DNA of 64,000 bases, taken from contig JANLVC010000122.1 of NCBI GenBank assembly GCA_031363815.1, positions 913-64,912 of the forward strand. The letters are read 5' to 3'. The notes beneath the pieces were generated by a model, which searched no databases, was not told the DNA's origin, and saw only the letters and a program-made list of their open reading frames with translations. The position numbers and the translations under genes were made by a program. Of the stretch, positions 42,870 to 51,721 are shown in pieces (the first letter of the stretch is position 1; the number at the start of each line of letters is the position of its first letter). The DNA is from Gemmatimonadota bacterium (lineage in GTDB: Bacteria; Gemmatimonadota; Gemmatimonadetes; Gemmatimonadales; Gemmatimonadaceae).

Positions 42870-43838
42870 ATGGCTGCTGCCCCGGTTCTCGAGTTCGAGC
42901 GTCCTCTGGCGGAGCTCGAAAAACAGATCGAGGAGCTCAAGCGACTCGCATCCGACCGTTCGCTGGATGTCGCACAAGAGTTGGAGCCGCTTCAGAAGCA
43001 GCTCAACGAGCTGCGCATCGAGATCTACCGAAAGCTGACGCCGTTGCAGCGTGTGCAGGTGGCCCGTATTTCGCGCCGCCCCTTCACCTCGGACTACATC
43101 AAGCTCGCCTTCACCGACTTCCTCGAACTACACGGCGATCGGCTGTTTCGCGAAGATGCGGCGATCCTGGCAGGGTGGGCGCGTCTCGAAGGTGAGACCG
43201 TGATGCTGATCGGGCACGAACGCGGCCGCGACACGAAGGAGAATCTGCACCGGAACTTCGGTATGCCGCATCCCGAGGGCTACCGGAAGGCGTTGCGGCT
43301 CATGAAGCTCGCGGAGAAGTTCTCCGTACCGGTGCTGACCTTCATCGACACGCCGGGCGCTTGGCCCGGACTTGGCGCCGAAGAGCGCGGGCAGAGTGAA
43401 GCCATCGCCCGCAACCTGCTCGAGATGAGCAATCTGCAGGTGCCGATCATCGCCACCGTGATTGGCGAAGGCGGCTCGGGCGGTGCGCTGGCGCTTGGCG
43501 TCGCCGATCGCGTCCTGATGCTCGAGAATTCCGTGTATTCCACGATCTCCGTGGAAGGCTGCGCGGCCATTCTCTGGAAGGATGGCAAGAGCCCGGAAAT
43601 GCGCGAGAAGGCGGCCACCGCTCTCCGCGTGACCGCCCCCGATCTTATCGAGCTGCGGGTGATCGACGAGATCGTCCCCGAGCCGGTGGGCGGCGCCCAC
43701 TCGGATCATGCCACGACCGCCAACAACCTGCGCGACAGCCTGGTGCGAAATCTCGAAGAGCTGCGACGCCTGAAGCCGGACAAGCTCGTTCGTCGCCGAC
43801 GTGAGAAGTTCCTGCGCATGGGGCAGTTCACCGAGTAG
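42870..43838 (+). CDS. accA: acetyl-CoA carboxylase carboxyltransferase alpha subunit
   Basis: LEFERPLAELEKQIEELK...FIDTPGAWPGLGAEERGQSEAIARNL...GEGGSGGALALGV is canonical AccA. Confidence 0.93.
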   Translation: MAAAPVLEFERPLAELEKQIEELKRLASDRSLDVAQELEPLQKQLNELRIEIYRKLTPLQRVQVARISRRPFTSDYIKLAFTDFLELHGDRLFREDAAILAGWARLEGETVMLIGHERGRDTKENLHRNFGMPHPEGYRKALRLMKLAEKFSVPVLTFIDTPGAWPGLGAEERGQSEAIARNLLEMSNLQVPIIATVIGEGGSGGALALGVADRVLMLENSVYSTISVEGCAAILWKDGKSPEMREKAATALRVTAPDLIELRVIDEIVPEPVGGAHSDHATTANNLRDSLVRNLEELRRLKPDKLVRRRREKFLRMGQFTE

Positions 43839-43848
43839 CTTTCACGCC

Positions 43849-45114
43849 GTGGCGCATCTCATCGAAGTCGCGTTCCGCGGCAACCGGAAGGAGTTCTTCA
43901 CCTGGACAGGCGAGACGGCACCCCCACTCAAGGCGGGGGTGATCGTCGAGGCTGACCGTGGTGAGGATTTTGGTCGCGTGCACTCCGCTGGCGAGCTGGC
44001 CAAAGTCCGCTGCAACGGCTGCTCGCACGGCTGCGGAACGACCCCGCCACCACGCGCCGCGCTCCGACTCTCCACTCCTGCCGACGACGTGCTCGACCGC
44101 GAGCTGACGGCCGAGAACGAGGACGCGCGTCGCAAGTCGATGGAGCGAGTGAAGGCGAACCATCTCGTGATGAAGCTGACCGACGCCGAGTGGCAGTGGG
44201 ACCGGCGCAAGCTCACGCTGTTCTTCACTGCTGAGCGTCGCGTCGACTTTCGCGGCCTCGTGCGCGATCTCGCCGCGATGTTCCGTACTCGCATTGAACT
44301 GAAGCAGATCGGTGTGCGCGACGAAGCGAAGCGACTCTCGGGTGTCGGTCGATGCGGACGCGAGTACTGCTCGGCATCGTGGCTGCCGGATCTGCGCCCG
44401 GTGAACCTCGGTGCGGCGAAGGACCAGAAGCTCTCGCTCAATCCGCAGCAGATCTCTGGTGCCTGCGGACGCCTGATGTGCTGCCTGCGCTACGAGCACG
44501 AGTTCTACGTGCTGAGCCGTCGCAAATTTCCGAAGGAAGGGAAGATCCTGACGACGTCGCTGGGCGAAGAAAAGGTGATCGCCTGCGACATCTTCAACGA
44601 GCGTATTACGCTGCGCACGGCGGAAGGCGACAGCCGTGTAATCGCGCTGGCCGATCTCCGGAACGAACTGGAAGGGCTCGAGCAGCCTATCGATCATGCG
44701 ATCGACGACGTGACCTCGCACACGGCCGTGTACTCCACCGATGCGGCGGTGAACGCGATGCTCGACACGGTCGAGACCGAGATCGCACCGCTGGCGGCTG
44801 CGATGACGGCGATGACGGCGATGACGGTGCTGACGGTGCTGACGGTGCTGGCGCCTGAACCCGAGCCCGCCCCGGAGTTAGCGGAAGCCGCTGACGTGAT
44901 CCTGCCGGTTCACGAGGAGCCGCGCGCGAGCGCGTCAACCGAGTCGGCGGAAGAGGATGACGACGCGACCCGTCGCAAGCGGCGGCGCGGGCGGCGTGGT
45001 GGGCGGCGCCTCAGGGCCGCCGAACAGCGACGCCAGTCCGGACAGGACGGATCGCCGATGCCGTCAGATGACGGTGGCGACGACGAGAATGATGGCGATG
45101 ACACTGAGGAGTAA
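43849..45114 (+). CDS. PSP1 C-terminal domain protein (YaaT/RicT-like) with a repeat-containing, Arg-rich C-terminal extension
   Basis: The PSP1 core is WQWDRRKLTLFFTAERRVDFRGLVRDLAAMFRTRIELKQIGVRDEAK...GACGRLMCCLRYEHEFY. The GTG start at 43849 is uncertain. The tail has AMTAMTAMTVLTVLTVL, then acidic and RRKRRRGRRGGRR segments. Confidence 0.8.
   Translation: MAHLIEVAFRGNRKEFFTWTGETAPPLKAGVIVEADRGEDFGRVHSAGELAKVRCNGCSHGCGTTPPPRAALRLSTPADDVLDRELTAENEDARRKSMERVKANHLVMKLTDAEWQWDRRKLTLFFTAERRVDFRGLVRDLAAMFRTRIELKQIGVRDEAKRLSGVGRCGREYCSASWLPDLRPVNLGAAKDQKLSLNPQQISGACGRLMCCLRYEHEFYVLSRRKFPKEGKILTTSLGEEKVIACDIFNERITLRTAEGDSRVIALADLRNELEGLEQPIDHAIDDVTSHTAVYSTDAAVNAMLDTVETEIAPLAAAMTAMTAMTVLTVLTVLAPEPEPAPELAEAADVILPVHEEPRASASTESAEEDDDATRRKRRRGRRGGRRLRAAEQRRQSGQDGSPMPSDDGGDDENDGDDTEE
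44800..44853 (+). repeat. 9-bp tandem repeats (GCGATGACG x3, then GTGCTGACG x2 and one GTGCTGGCG variant) inside the PSP1-like gene
   Basis: Read directly. They encode AMT-AMT-AMT-VLT-VLT-VLA. Confidence 0.9.
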
Positions 45115-46675
45115 GCCGGACGTGCCTCGATTCTATCTGACCACCGCCATCGATTACGCGAATGGCGATCCACATCTGGGCCACGCGCTCGAGAAGATCG
45201 GCGCCGATGTGATCGCGCGCTATCGTCGCCAGTGCGGCGACGACGTGCATCTGTTGATCGGCATGGACGAACATGGCCAGAAGGTGCAGCAGACCGCGGC
45301 GAAGGATGGCGTGGCGCCGCAGGCCTTCACCGATGAAATCGCGGCGCGCTTTCAGGCGATCTGGGCCCGACTCGGCATTTCGTACGATCAGTTCATTCGC
45401 ACCACCGAGCCGCACCACAAGGCCGGCGTGCAGGCGCTGATCCGGATGATCGCCGAGCGCAATCCGGATGACTTTTATGAGCGCTCCTATACCGGCATGT
45501 ATTGCGTGGGCTGTGAGGCCTTCAAGCAGGACGCCGATATCGTCGAGGGCCAGTGCGTGCTGCATGCCACGCGCACGCTCGAGGAAGTCGAGGAGCGCAA
45601 CTGGTTCTTCCGGCTCTCGAAGTATCAGGGCTTTCTGCAGAATCTGCTGGCCACGAATCCGTCGTTCATCGAACCGGAGAGCCGTCGCAACGAAATTCTC
45701 GGACTGCTGGCGCAGGGTCTCGACGACATCTCGGCGTCGCGCGCCCGTCTCGACTGGGCCGTGCCATTCCCGCTCGTGCTGTCCAACGGTGAGACGCAGG
45801 GCACGTACGTGTGGTTTGACGCGCTGCCCAACTACCTCACCGCAACCGGCTTCCCCGACGCCGGCTACGAGCAGCGTTGGCCGGCTGATCTGCACATTAT
45901 CGGCAAGGATATCACGCGCTTTCACGTCGTGATCTGGCCGGCCATGCTCGAAGCGGCGGGGCTGCCGTTGCCGAAGCAGGTGTGGGCGCATGGGTTCGTG
46001 CAGCTTGGCGGCGAGCGCTTCTCCAAAAGCGCCGGCGTGAAGCTCGACCTGGGCGAAGCGATCGACCGCTACGGGGCCGATGCGTTTCGCTACGTCCTGC
46101 TGCGTGAAGTGCCCTTCGATAGCGACGGCAACTTCTCGTGGGAACGTTTCGAAGAGCGGTACACGAGTGATCTCGCGAACGCGTTCGGCAATCTGGCGAG
46201 CCGCGCCATCGCGATGGTCGAGAAGTATTTCGACGGCATCGTGCCAACCGCGCCTCGCCCCGACGCGGAGCTGGACGACGACGCCGACGTGGCCGCGTAT
46301 CACGCCGGAATGAACGGCTCGCGAGGCTGGCTGCTGCACGAAGGACTGGCGGCCGTGTCGCGCCTGACTGCGCGGGCGAACGAATACACGGCGGCCACCA
46401 CACCCTGGGCCGTCGCCAAGGATCCCGCGCGCGTGGCCGAACTCGAACAGATCCTCTCGTCGCTGATCCGTCGGATCGCGCGGCAAACCGTACTCCTCGC
46501 ACCGTTCATGCCCACCAAGGTCGAAGCGGTGTGGACGCAGCTCGGTGCGCCCGGCACGGCGGGTACGCAGCGGATCGACGAATTGGCCACGCTCGAACCG
46601 GCTGGCTGGCGCGTGCAGAAGGGGGACGGCGTATTTCCCCGTCCGGCCCCGCCGCCCGCGCCCAGTACCACGTAG
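45098..46675 (+). CDS. metG: methionine--tRNA ligase (short form without the C-terminal tRNA-binding domain)
   Basis: FYLTTAIDYANGDPHLGHALEKI (HIGH region) and FSKSAGV (KMSKS equivalent). The start is ATG 45098 (ATGs at 45089 and 45092 are also in frame). It overlaps the end of the PSP1-like gene. Confidence 0.95.
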   Translation: MTLRSKPDVPRFYLTTAIDYANGDPHLGHALEKIGADVIARYRRQCGDDVHLLIGMDEHGQKVQQTAAKDGVAPQAFTDEIAARFQAIWARLGISYDQFIRTTEPHHKAGVQALIRMIAERNPDDFYERSYTGMYCVGCEAFKQDADIVEGQCVLHATRTLEEVEERNWFFRLSKYQGFLQNLLATNPSFIEPESRRNEILGLLAQGLDDISASRARLDWAVPFPLVLSNGETQGTYVWFDALPNYLTATGFPDAGYEQRWPADLHIIGKDITRFHVVIWPAMLEAAGLPLPKQVWAHGFVQLGGERFSKSAGVKLDLGEAIDRYGADAFRYVLLREVPFDSDGNFSWERFEERYTSDLANAFGNLASRAIAMVEKYFDGIVPTAPRPDAELDDDADVAAYHAGMNGSRGWLLHEGLAAVSRLTARANEYTAATTPWAVAKDPARVAELEQILSSLIRRIARQTVLLAPFMPTKVEAVWTQLGAPGTAGTQRIDELATLEPAGWRVQKGDGVFPRPAPPPAPSTT

Positions 46676-46683
46676 CGCGAGCG

Positions 46684-47331
46684 TTACTTCTTGAAGTCGA
46701 CGGTCGGCGCGGCGCGTGAAGCGGCGTCGGTTACTTCGAAGTAGGTGCGCGGCTTGGCACCAGTCACCTTCGCGGTGAGCACTGCGGGAAACTTGCGGAT
46801 GTACTCGTTGTACAGCCGCACCGCCCCGTTGTAGTCGGTGCGCGAGACGGCAATGCGATTTTCGGTGCCGGTGAGTTCGTCCTGCAAGCGCAGGAAGTTC
46901 TCATTCGACTTGAGTTCCGGATACGCTTCGACGGTCACGGTGAGACGGCCCAGCGCCGACGTGAGCTGCTGATTGGCATTGGCCAGTTCGGCTGGATCGG
47001 AGCCTCCCGGCTTCTGCAAAGCGCCAACGAGTCCGGCCCGCGCCTGCGTAACGGCGGTAAGCACTTCGCTTTCCTGGGCCGCGAATCCCTTCACGGTATT
47101 CACGAGATTCGGGATCAGGTCGGCGCGCCGCTGCAACTGCGCATCGATGTTCTGCTTGGCCTGGGCAGACTGTTCGTCGTACGACTGGATCGTGTTGTAG
47201 CCGCAGGCGTTCATGCCGAGCGGCAACGCGATGGCAACCGCGAGCAGTCGTGCGCGCGAAGCGAGGCGTGGCCAGGAGAACGGGCTGGACGGACGTCGCG
47301 AAAGTAGCGTGGTGACCATGGGGATCCTCAT
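46684..47331 (-). CDS. lemA: LemA family protein
   Basis: N-terminal anchor with a possible lipobox (LGMNAC). CGYNTIQSYDEQSAQAKQNIDAQLQRRADLIPNLVNTVKGFAAQESEVLTAVTQAR...YPELKSNENFLRLQDELTGTENRIAVSRTDYNGAVRLYNEYIRKFP is a typical LemA sequence. The ATG overlaps the upstream stop (ATGA). Confidence 0.85.
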   Translation of the reverse strand: MRIPMVTTLLSRRPSSPFSWPRLASRARLLAVAIALPLGMNACGYNTIQSYDEQSAQAKQNIDAQLQRRADLIPNLVNTVKGFAAQESEVLTAVTQARAGLVGALQKPGGSDPAELANANQQLTSALGRLTVTVEAYPELKSNENFLRLQDELTGTENRIAVSRTDYNGAVRLYNEYIRKFPAVLTAKVTGAKPRTYFEVTDAASRAAPTVDFKK

Positions 47332-48095
47332 GATTGGACGGGGGAAATACCTTCTGCTACCGCTGTGGGCGGCGTGAATCGATCGAGATATTCGACGAGG
47401 ACATCCATGCCGCGTACATACCCCGCCAGCACGGATTCTGCCTGGCCGTTCGAAAACGCGGTGCCGCGCACCAGTGCCATCACCGCCGTAAACGGCGCGG
47501 GATCGAAGCCACACTGTGTGGCGACATCCTGTATCACGCGCGTGGCGTCGCGTTCGGGCTTCACGCCATGCAAGCGCAAAACGGCGCGAAAAATCACGAG
47601 CAGCGCGCTGTAGCTCGAGCGCAGCAGATCGGTCTGCCGCGCGCTGTCGGTGCCGGCGACCATCACGCCACGTCGAAGCCGCAGCAGTTTGCCCATCGCC
47701 TCCTGTTCGGTTTGCAAGCGCAGGTGATCGCGATCCACCACCAGCTCGGTGATCGCGAGTGTGCCGTGCAACACGCGATGCCGCTCGAGGATATCGGCGT
47801 ACTCCATTGGGAAGATGTCCGCCGAGCGCAGCCACTCGTGCTCGGTGAGCACGAGGACGGGCGGATTGCCCGCTTCCTGCCAAGCGCGCATGGTCTGAGC
47901 GAGACTACGCATCAGCGTCACGTCGATCGACGAGACGATCACGAGCACGTTGAAATCGGAGTGCCCAACCACCTGCTCACCGCTGGCCGCCGATCCATAC
48001 AGCACCACTCCCTTCAGCGCGTCACCGTAGACCTGGCGCAGTTGCTGGACAAGCTCATCGAGAGACATCGAAGTCCGTGCCATAGATTTGTTCAC
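47328..48095 (-). CDS. nucleotidyltransferase-domain protein (Pol-beta superfamily NTase plus C-terminal helical domain)
   Basis: GVVLYGSAASGEQVVGHSDFNVLVIV is the G-S ... D-x-D/N minimal NTase pattern. The helical C-terminal half contains RAVLRLH. The GTG at 48095 overlaps the TPM gene stop; ATGs at 48083 and 48068 are alternatives. Confidence 0.65.
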   Translation of the reverse strand: MNKSMARTSMSLDELVQQLRQVYGDALKGVVLYGSAASGEQVVGHSDFNVLVIVSSIDVTLMRSLAQTMRAWQEAGNPPVLVLTEHEWLRSADIFPMEYADILERHRVLHGTLAITELVVDRDHLRLQTEQEAMGKLLRLRRGVMVAGTDSARQTDLLRSSYSALLVIFRAVLRLHGVKPERDATRVIQDVATQCGFDPAPFTAVMALVRGTAFSNGQAESVLAGYVRGMDVLVEYLDRFTPPTAVAEGISPVQS

Positions 48096-48922
48096 CAGTT
48101 GGAGCCACCACCACCACCACTGAATCCGCCGCCACCGCCGAATCCACCAAAACCACCGCCTCCACCGCCACCGAAACCACCCCCGCCGCCTCCCCCGCTA
48201 TGCCATCCGCCCGAGGACGGCCCGGGGATCGGAATCGGGAGACACCCGACGCATCCGCTACGTCGCCGTTTACCGAATGAGCTGAGCAGCGAGAAGAAAA
48301 TCACCATGCCCAGCACCACCATGAACGGCGGAATGCCTCGCGATCGCGATTGCCGACGCTGCTGAGGCGGCGGCACGCCTTCGAGTGTGACGCCGAAGTT
48401 GGCCGCATACCGTCCGGCCACATCGATGGCAATCCGCTCGAGCGCGCCCGAGTAGTCCTGCGCACGGAAGAGCGGCGCTTGCTCGCGACAGATGGCACCC
48501 GATATCGCGTCGGTGATAAAGCCTTCGGTGCCCTGCCCGGTCTCGATGCGGCAATAGCCGCGACCGTCGTCGGATGTCTCCTTGGGCACCAGCAGGATGA
48601 TCACACCAGCATTGCGCGCCTGATCCCCGATGGCCGCGTCGGCGCCGACCTTCCACTCACGCCCGAGTCGTAACGACACTTCTTCGACCGGACGTCCGCC
48701 AAGATTCGGTAGCGTGACGACGACCATCTCGCCGCGTGTCGCCGCGTTGACGCGTTTGGCGAGATCATCAATGCGCGCCGCCGCGTCTGGCTTCAGGACG
48801 TTGGCGAAGTCGTTGACGTAGCCGACCGGAGCCGGCAGCGGCTGACCGGGAGCAGCGACCTGACTCCACCCACGCGCCGGCGATCCCCCTACGGCCACGA
48901 TCGCGGCAAGGAGCCACATCAT
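48092..48922 (-). CDS. TPM-domain protein (YgcG-like) with a TM segment and Gly-rich C-terminus
   Basis: Signal MMWLLAAIVAVGGSPARGWSQ. The TPM pattern is VNDFANVLKPDAAARIDDLAKRVNAATRGEMVVVTLPNLGG...EVSLRLGREWKVG...NAGVIILLV...CRIETGQGTEGFITDA. A TM helix is followed by GGGGGGGFGGGGGGGFGGFGGGGGFSGGGGG. Confidence 0.8.
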   Translation of the reverse strand: MMWLLAAIVAVGGSPARGWSQVAAPGQPLPAPVGYVNDFANVLKPDAAARIDDLAKRVNAATRGEMVVVTLPNLGGRPVEEVSLRLGREWKVGADAAIGDQARNAGVIILLVPKETSDDGRGYCRIETGQGTEGFITDAISGAICREQAPLFRAQDYSGALERIAIDVAGRYAANFGVTLEGVPPPQQRRQSRSRGIPPFMVVLGMVIFFSLLSSFGKRRRSGCVGCLPIPIPGPSSGGWHSGGGGGGGFGGGGGGGFGGFGGGGGFSGGGGGSNW

Positions 48923-49137
48923 CAGGTGCCGCCCGCGCCGGAACGGACGGGCGGCAGGACGACGGTTGTCGGAATGAACCACGAAGGTGCGCACGAGGTG
49001 AAAGATACAATCCCTACGGTCACCATAGGGATTCGGTGTCATGGAGGTCCATCATTGCACGGGCAGTGCCCTGGGGTCTGCACTCGTTAGATTTCGACGG
49101 GCCCTCTGCTCGCGGCACTCTCCCGATCCAGAATTTC

Positions 49138-49953
49138 ATGCTTCGAACCAGCTCTGCTTGCCGCACGATCGCGCTTTCGCTCTGCCTTAGCGCGCTGGCC
49201 GCGGGCGGGCTTGCCGCGTGCGGACGGGCCGACGCGGGCGAGGCCACGAGCGCAACTGCTCTTGCGACGGCGACGGCGACGGCGACGTCGACGGCGAATG
49301 CCGTGTCGAGCGGTACGACGGTTGCCTCGTCGCCGCTGCTGCAGACAACAGCCGCCACGCTTCCGGGTGCCGTCGGAGACACCCTTGCTGACTCGATCAC
49401 GATTCAGCGCGCTGATCGCGGGCGACTGTTGGGTCGGGATAATGCGCTGTGGGTCGTGATGATCAGCGACTTCCAGTGCCCGTACTGCAAGCAGTGGCAC
49501 GACTCGTCGATGGCCAATCTCAAGCGCGACTACATCGACGCCGGAAAGATCCGCATGGCCTATCTCCATCTGCCGCTCTCGATTCATCGCCACGCGCGGG
49601 CGCAGGCGGAGGCGTCGATGTGCGCCGCCGTGCAGCAAAAGTTCTGGGCATACGCCGACGTGTTGTTCCGCGAGCAGCGGGCGTTTCAGCCGATCGACAA
49701 TCCAACGTCGAAGTTCGAGGACATCGCCCGGGAAGTGTCGCTCGACCTGCCGTCGTTCACCCGGTGCCGGAAATCCGACGCGATCCGCATGCTCGTCGAG
49801 AACGACGAGCGGCAGGCATCGCAGGCTCGGGTACAGTCCACGCCGTCGTTCCTGATCGGCGACTTTCTCGTGCAGGGAGCATTGCCGTACAAGGATTTCC
49901 GCAAAGCGATCGACACGGCGCTCGCGGTGGCAAAATCGAGGAGCACGCGCTGA
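49138..49953 (+). CDS. DsbA-family thiol:disulfide oxidoreductase lipoprotein
   Basis: Lipobox LSALAAGGLAACG. Thioredoxin-fold active site VVMISDFQCPYCKQW. C-terminal VQSTPSFLIG motif. Confidence 0.8.
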   Translation: MLRTSSACRTIALSLCLSALAAGGLAACGRADAGEATSATALATATATATSTANAVSSGTTVASSPLLQTTAATLPGAVGDTLADSITIQRADRGRLLGRDNALWVVMISDFQCPYCKQWHDSSMANLKRDYIDAGKIRMAYLHLPLSIHRHARAQAEASMCAAVQQKFWAYADVLFREQRAFQPIDNPTSKFEDIAREVSLDLPSFTRCRKSDAIRMLVENDERQASQARVQSTPSFLIGDFLVQGALPYKDFRKAIDTALAVAKSRSTR

Positions 49954-51287
49954 ACCCGCTGGTCCGCTCCGCGTATGGAGCGGGACTGCTCGCCGCCCGC
50001 TTGGCCACGCGCATAGCCACGCGTATAGCACCGGCCAGCGAGTCGAAGGTGTGGCGTTCGTTCGCCGCGCGCCGCGGAGTGCTGGAGAGAATCGGTGCCG
50101 CCGGCCGCACGGTCCGTGACGCTGCCCGGCCGTTGGTGTGGATGCATGCCCCGTCGGTGGGTGAGGGACTGCAAGCGCGCCCAGTCGCGCACCAACTCCG
50201 GGCGTTGCATCCCGAACTGCAACTCGCCTACACGTTTTTCTCGCCCAGTGCGGAGACGTTCGCACCGTCGGTCGGCGCCGATATTACCGACTATCTGCCC
50301 TTTGACGGTCAACGCGAAGCCGACGCGATGCTCGATGCACTGCGGCCCTCGGTGCTGGTGTTCGTGAAGCTCGACGTGTGGCCGATGCTGGTGGAACGCG
50401 CCACGGCGCACGGGATCCCCGTGGCGCTCCTCAGTGCCACCGTAGCGGCCGGATCAGGGCGTTTGGGAGCATTGTCGCGCTTGCTGCTTCACGACGCGTA
50501 CCACGCGCTTCAGGGCGTCGGAGCCATCGACCAGAGTAACGCGAACCGACTCGTGGAGCTCGGCGTGCGCCGCGAGGTGCTCGAGATCACCGGTGACACG
50601 CGCTTTGATCAGGTGTGGGCGCGCGCGCATGGTGTCGATCGCGGGCAACCGATGTTGCAGTCGCTGGCCAGTGCGCGCCCCACGCTGGTGGCGGGCTCCA
50701 CTTGGCCGGCCGACGAAGCCGTGGTACTCGAGGCATTCGTGCGGCTCGTCGCGACGGGCGTTGTCGCCCGCGATGCCGCCACGCGCCCGCGTTTAATCAT
50801 CGCACCGCACGAACCGACCCCCTCCCATCTCGCCCCGCTTTTGCAACGAGCACGCACCGCGGGCGTCTCGTTCGCCACGCTGGCCGAGGCCGTGGCGGAT
50901 CCCGCCGCGGCCGCCAGCGATGTGATCGTGGTGGACCGCGTCGGCGTGCTCGGTGATCTCTACGCGCTCGCCGATGTCGCGTTCGTGGGCGGCGGCTTTC
51001 ACGCGGCGGGGTTACACTCGGTGATCGAGCCGGCCGCCTTCGGGGTTCCGGTCTTGTTCGGACCCGGCCACGACATGAGCCGCGAGGCGGGGCTGCTGCT
51101 GGCGGCCGGCGGCGCACGCGTGGTGCACGATGCAAGCGAAACGGCGATGGCGTTGCAGGAGTGGCTGGCGGCGACGCCCTCACGTGCTGTTGCCGGTGCC
51201 GCTGCACGGGCTGTCGTGGAGAGTGAGCTCGGTGCCACGGAGCGGTCAGTGCGGCTCGTGCAGCGGTTGCTGCGGGCGCAGACCTAA
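49950..51287 (+). CDS. waaA: 3-deoxy-D-manno-octulosonic acid (Kdo) transferase
   Basis: LVWMHAPSVGEGLQARPV...YTFFSPS...LPFD...LVFVKLDVWP and the C-terminal GT-B half (VVDRVGVLGDLYALADVAFVGGGF...GLHSVIEPAAFGVPVLFGP). The start is uncertain: there is no ATG or GTG before GTG 50049. CTG 49950 would retain the hydrophobic N-terminus and overlaps the dsbA-like stop. Confidence 0.85.
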   Translation: MNPLVRSAYGAGLLAARLATRIATRIAPASESKVWRSFAARRGVLERIGAAGRTVRDAARPLVWMHAPSVGEGLQARPVAHQLRALHPELQLAYTFFSPSAETFAPSVGADITDYLPFDGQREADAMLDALRPSVLVFVKLDVWPMLVERATAHGIPVALLSATVAAGSGRLGALSRLLLHDAYHALQGVGAIDQSNANRLVELGVRREVLEITGDTRFDQVWARAHGVDRGQPMLQSLASARPTLVAGSTWPADEAVVLEAFVRLVATGVVARDAATRPRLIIAPHEPTPSHLAPLLQRARTAGVSFATLAEAVADPAAAASDVIVVDRVGVLGDLYALADVAFVGGGFHAAGLHSVIEPAAFGVPVLFGPGHDMSREAGLLLAAGGARVVHDASETAMALQEWLAATPSRAVAGAAARAVVESELGATERSVRLVQRLLRAQT

Positions 51288-51359
51288 TCGCTACGCTTGG
51301 CAGGAGTGGGGGTGTGCTGGCGGAGGGCTGGCGGTTGCGACGGTCATCGTGGGTTCACG

Positions 51360-51673
51360 GTGTTGTTCGCGTTGATCCGCGGTAAAACAGTTGTTGCGAC
51401 CGCTGACGAACAGCCTTACCGCGGATTGGCGCGAATATTCGCGGATACCCAACAACGACAGCTTTTGCAGGTGTCGCGCTGCCAACGGACCCGTCACCGC
51501 GCGAATGACCATCCGTGTGTTGTTCGCGTTGAGCCGCGGTAAAACAGTTGTTGCGACCTTCGACGAACAACTTTACCGCGGATTTTCACGAATATTCGCG
51601 GATCATGAACAACGTTATGACTGAATGATTGGCGCTGCCAACGGACCCGTCACCGCGCGAATGACCATCCGTC
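51360..51673 (+). repeat. two tandem ~157-bp units with nested palindromes (intergenic, between convergent genes)
   Basis: Unit A is 51360-51516 and unit B is 51517-51673. Both start gtgttgttcgcgttga and both contain ccgcggtaa...ttaccgcgg and cgaatattcg. Both end with an identical 41-nt block, gcgctgccaacggacccgtcaccgcgcgaatgaccatccgt. A ~19-nt segment in the middle is divergent. Confidence 0.9.
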
Positions 51674-51721
51674 GAAGGGCGCGAAGACTGCGAAGGCACG
51701 CGAAGAACAGCGCGCCCTTCG
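51673..51721. terminator. 11-bp-stem hairpin with CGAAG-periodic loop, downstream of the CitMHS gene / after the repeats
   Basis: cgaagggcgcg (51673-51683) pairs with cgcgcccttcg (51711-51721). CGAAG recurs at 51673, 51682, 51691 and 51701. Confidence 0.4.

Noticed and set aside
48095-48200. CCACC/GCCGCC low-complexity DNA as a simple-sequence repeat or regulatory element
   Set aside because: It is the coding sequence of the poly-Gly/Phe C-terminal tail common to YgcG-like TPM proteins (minus strand).
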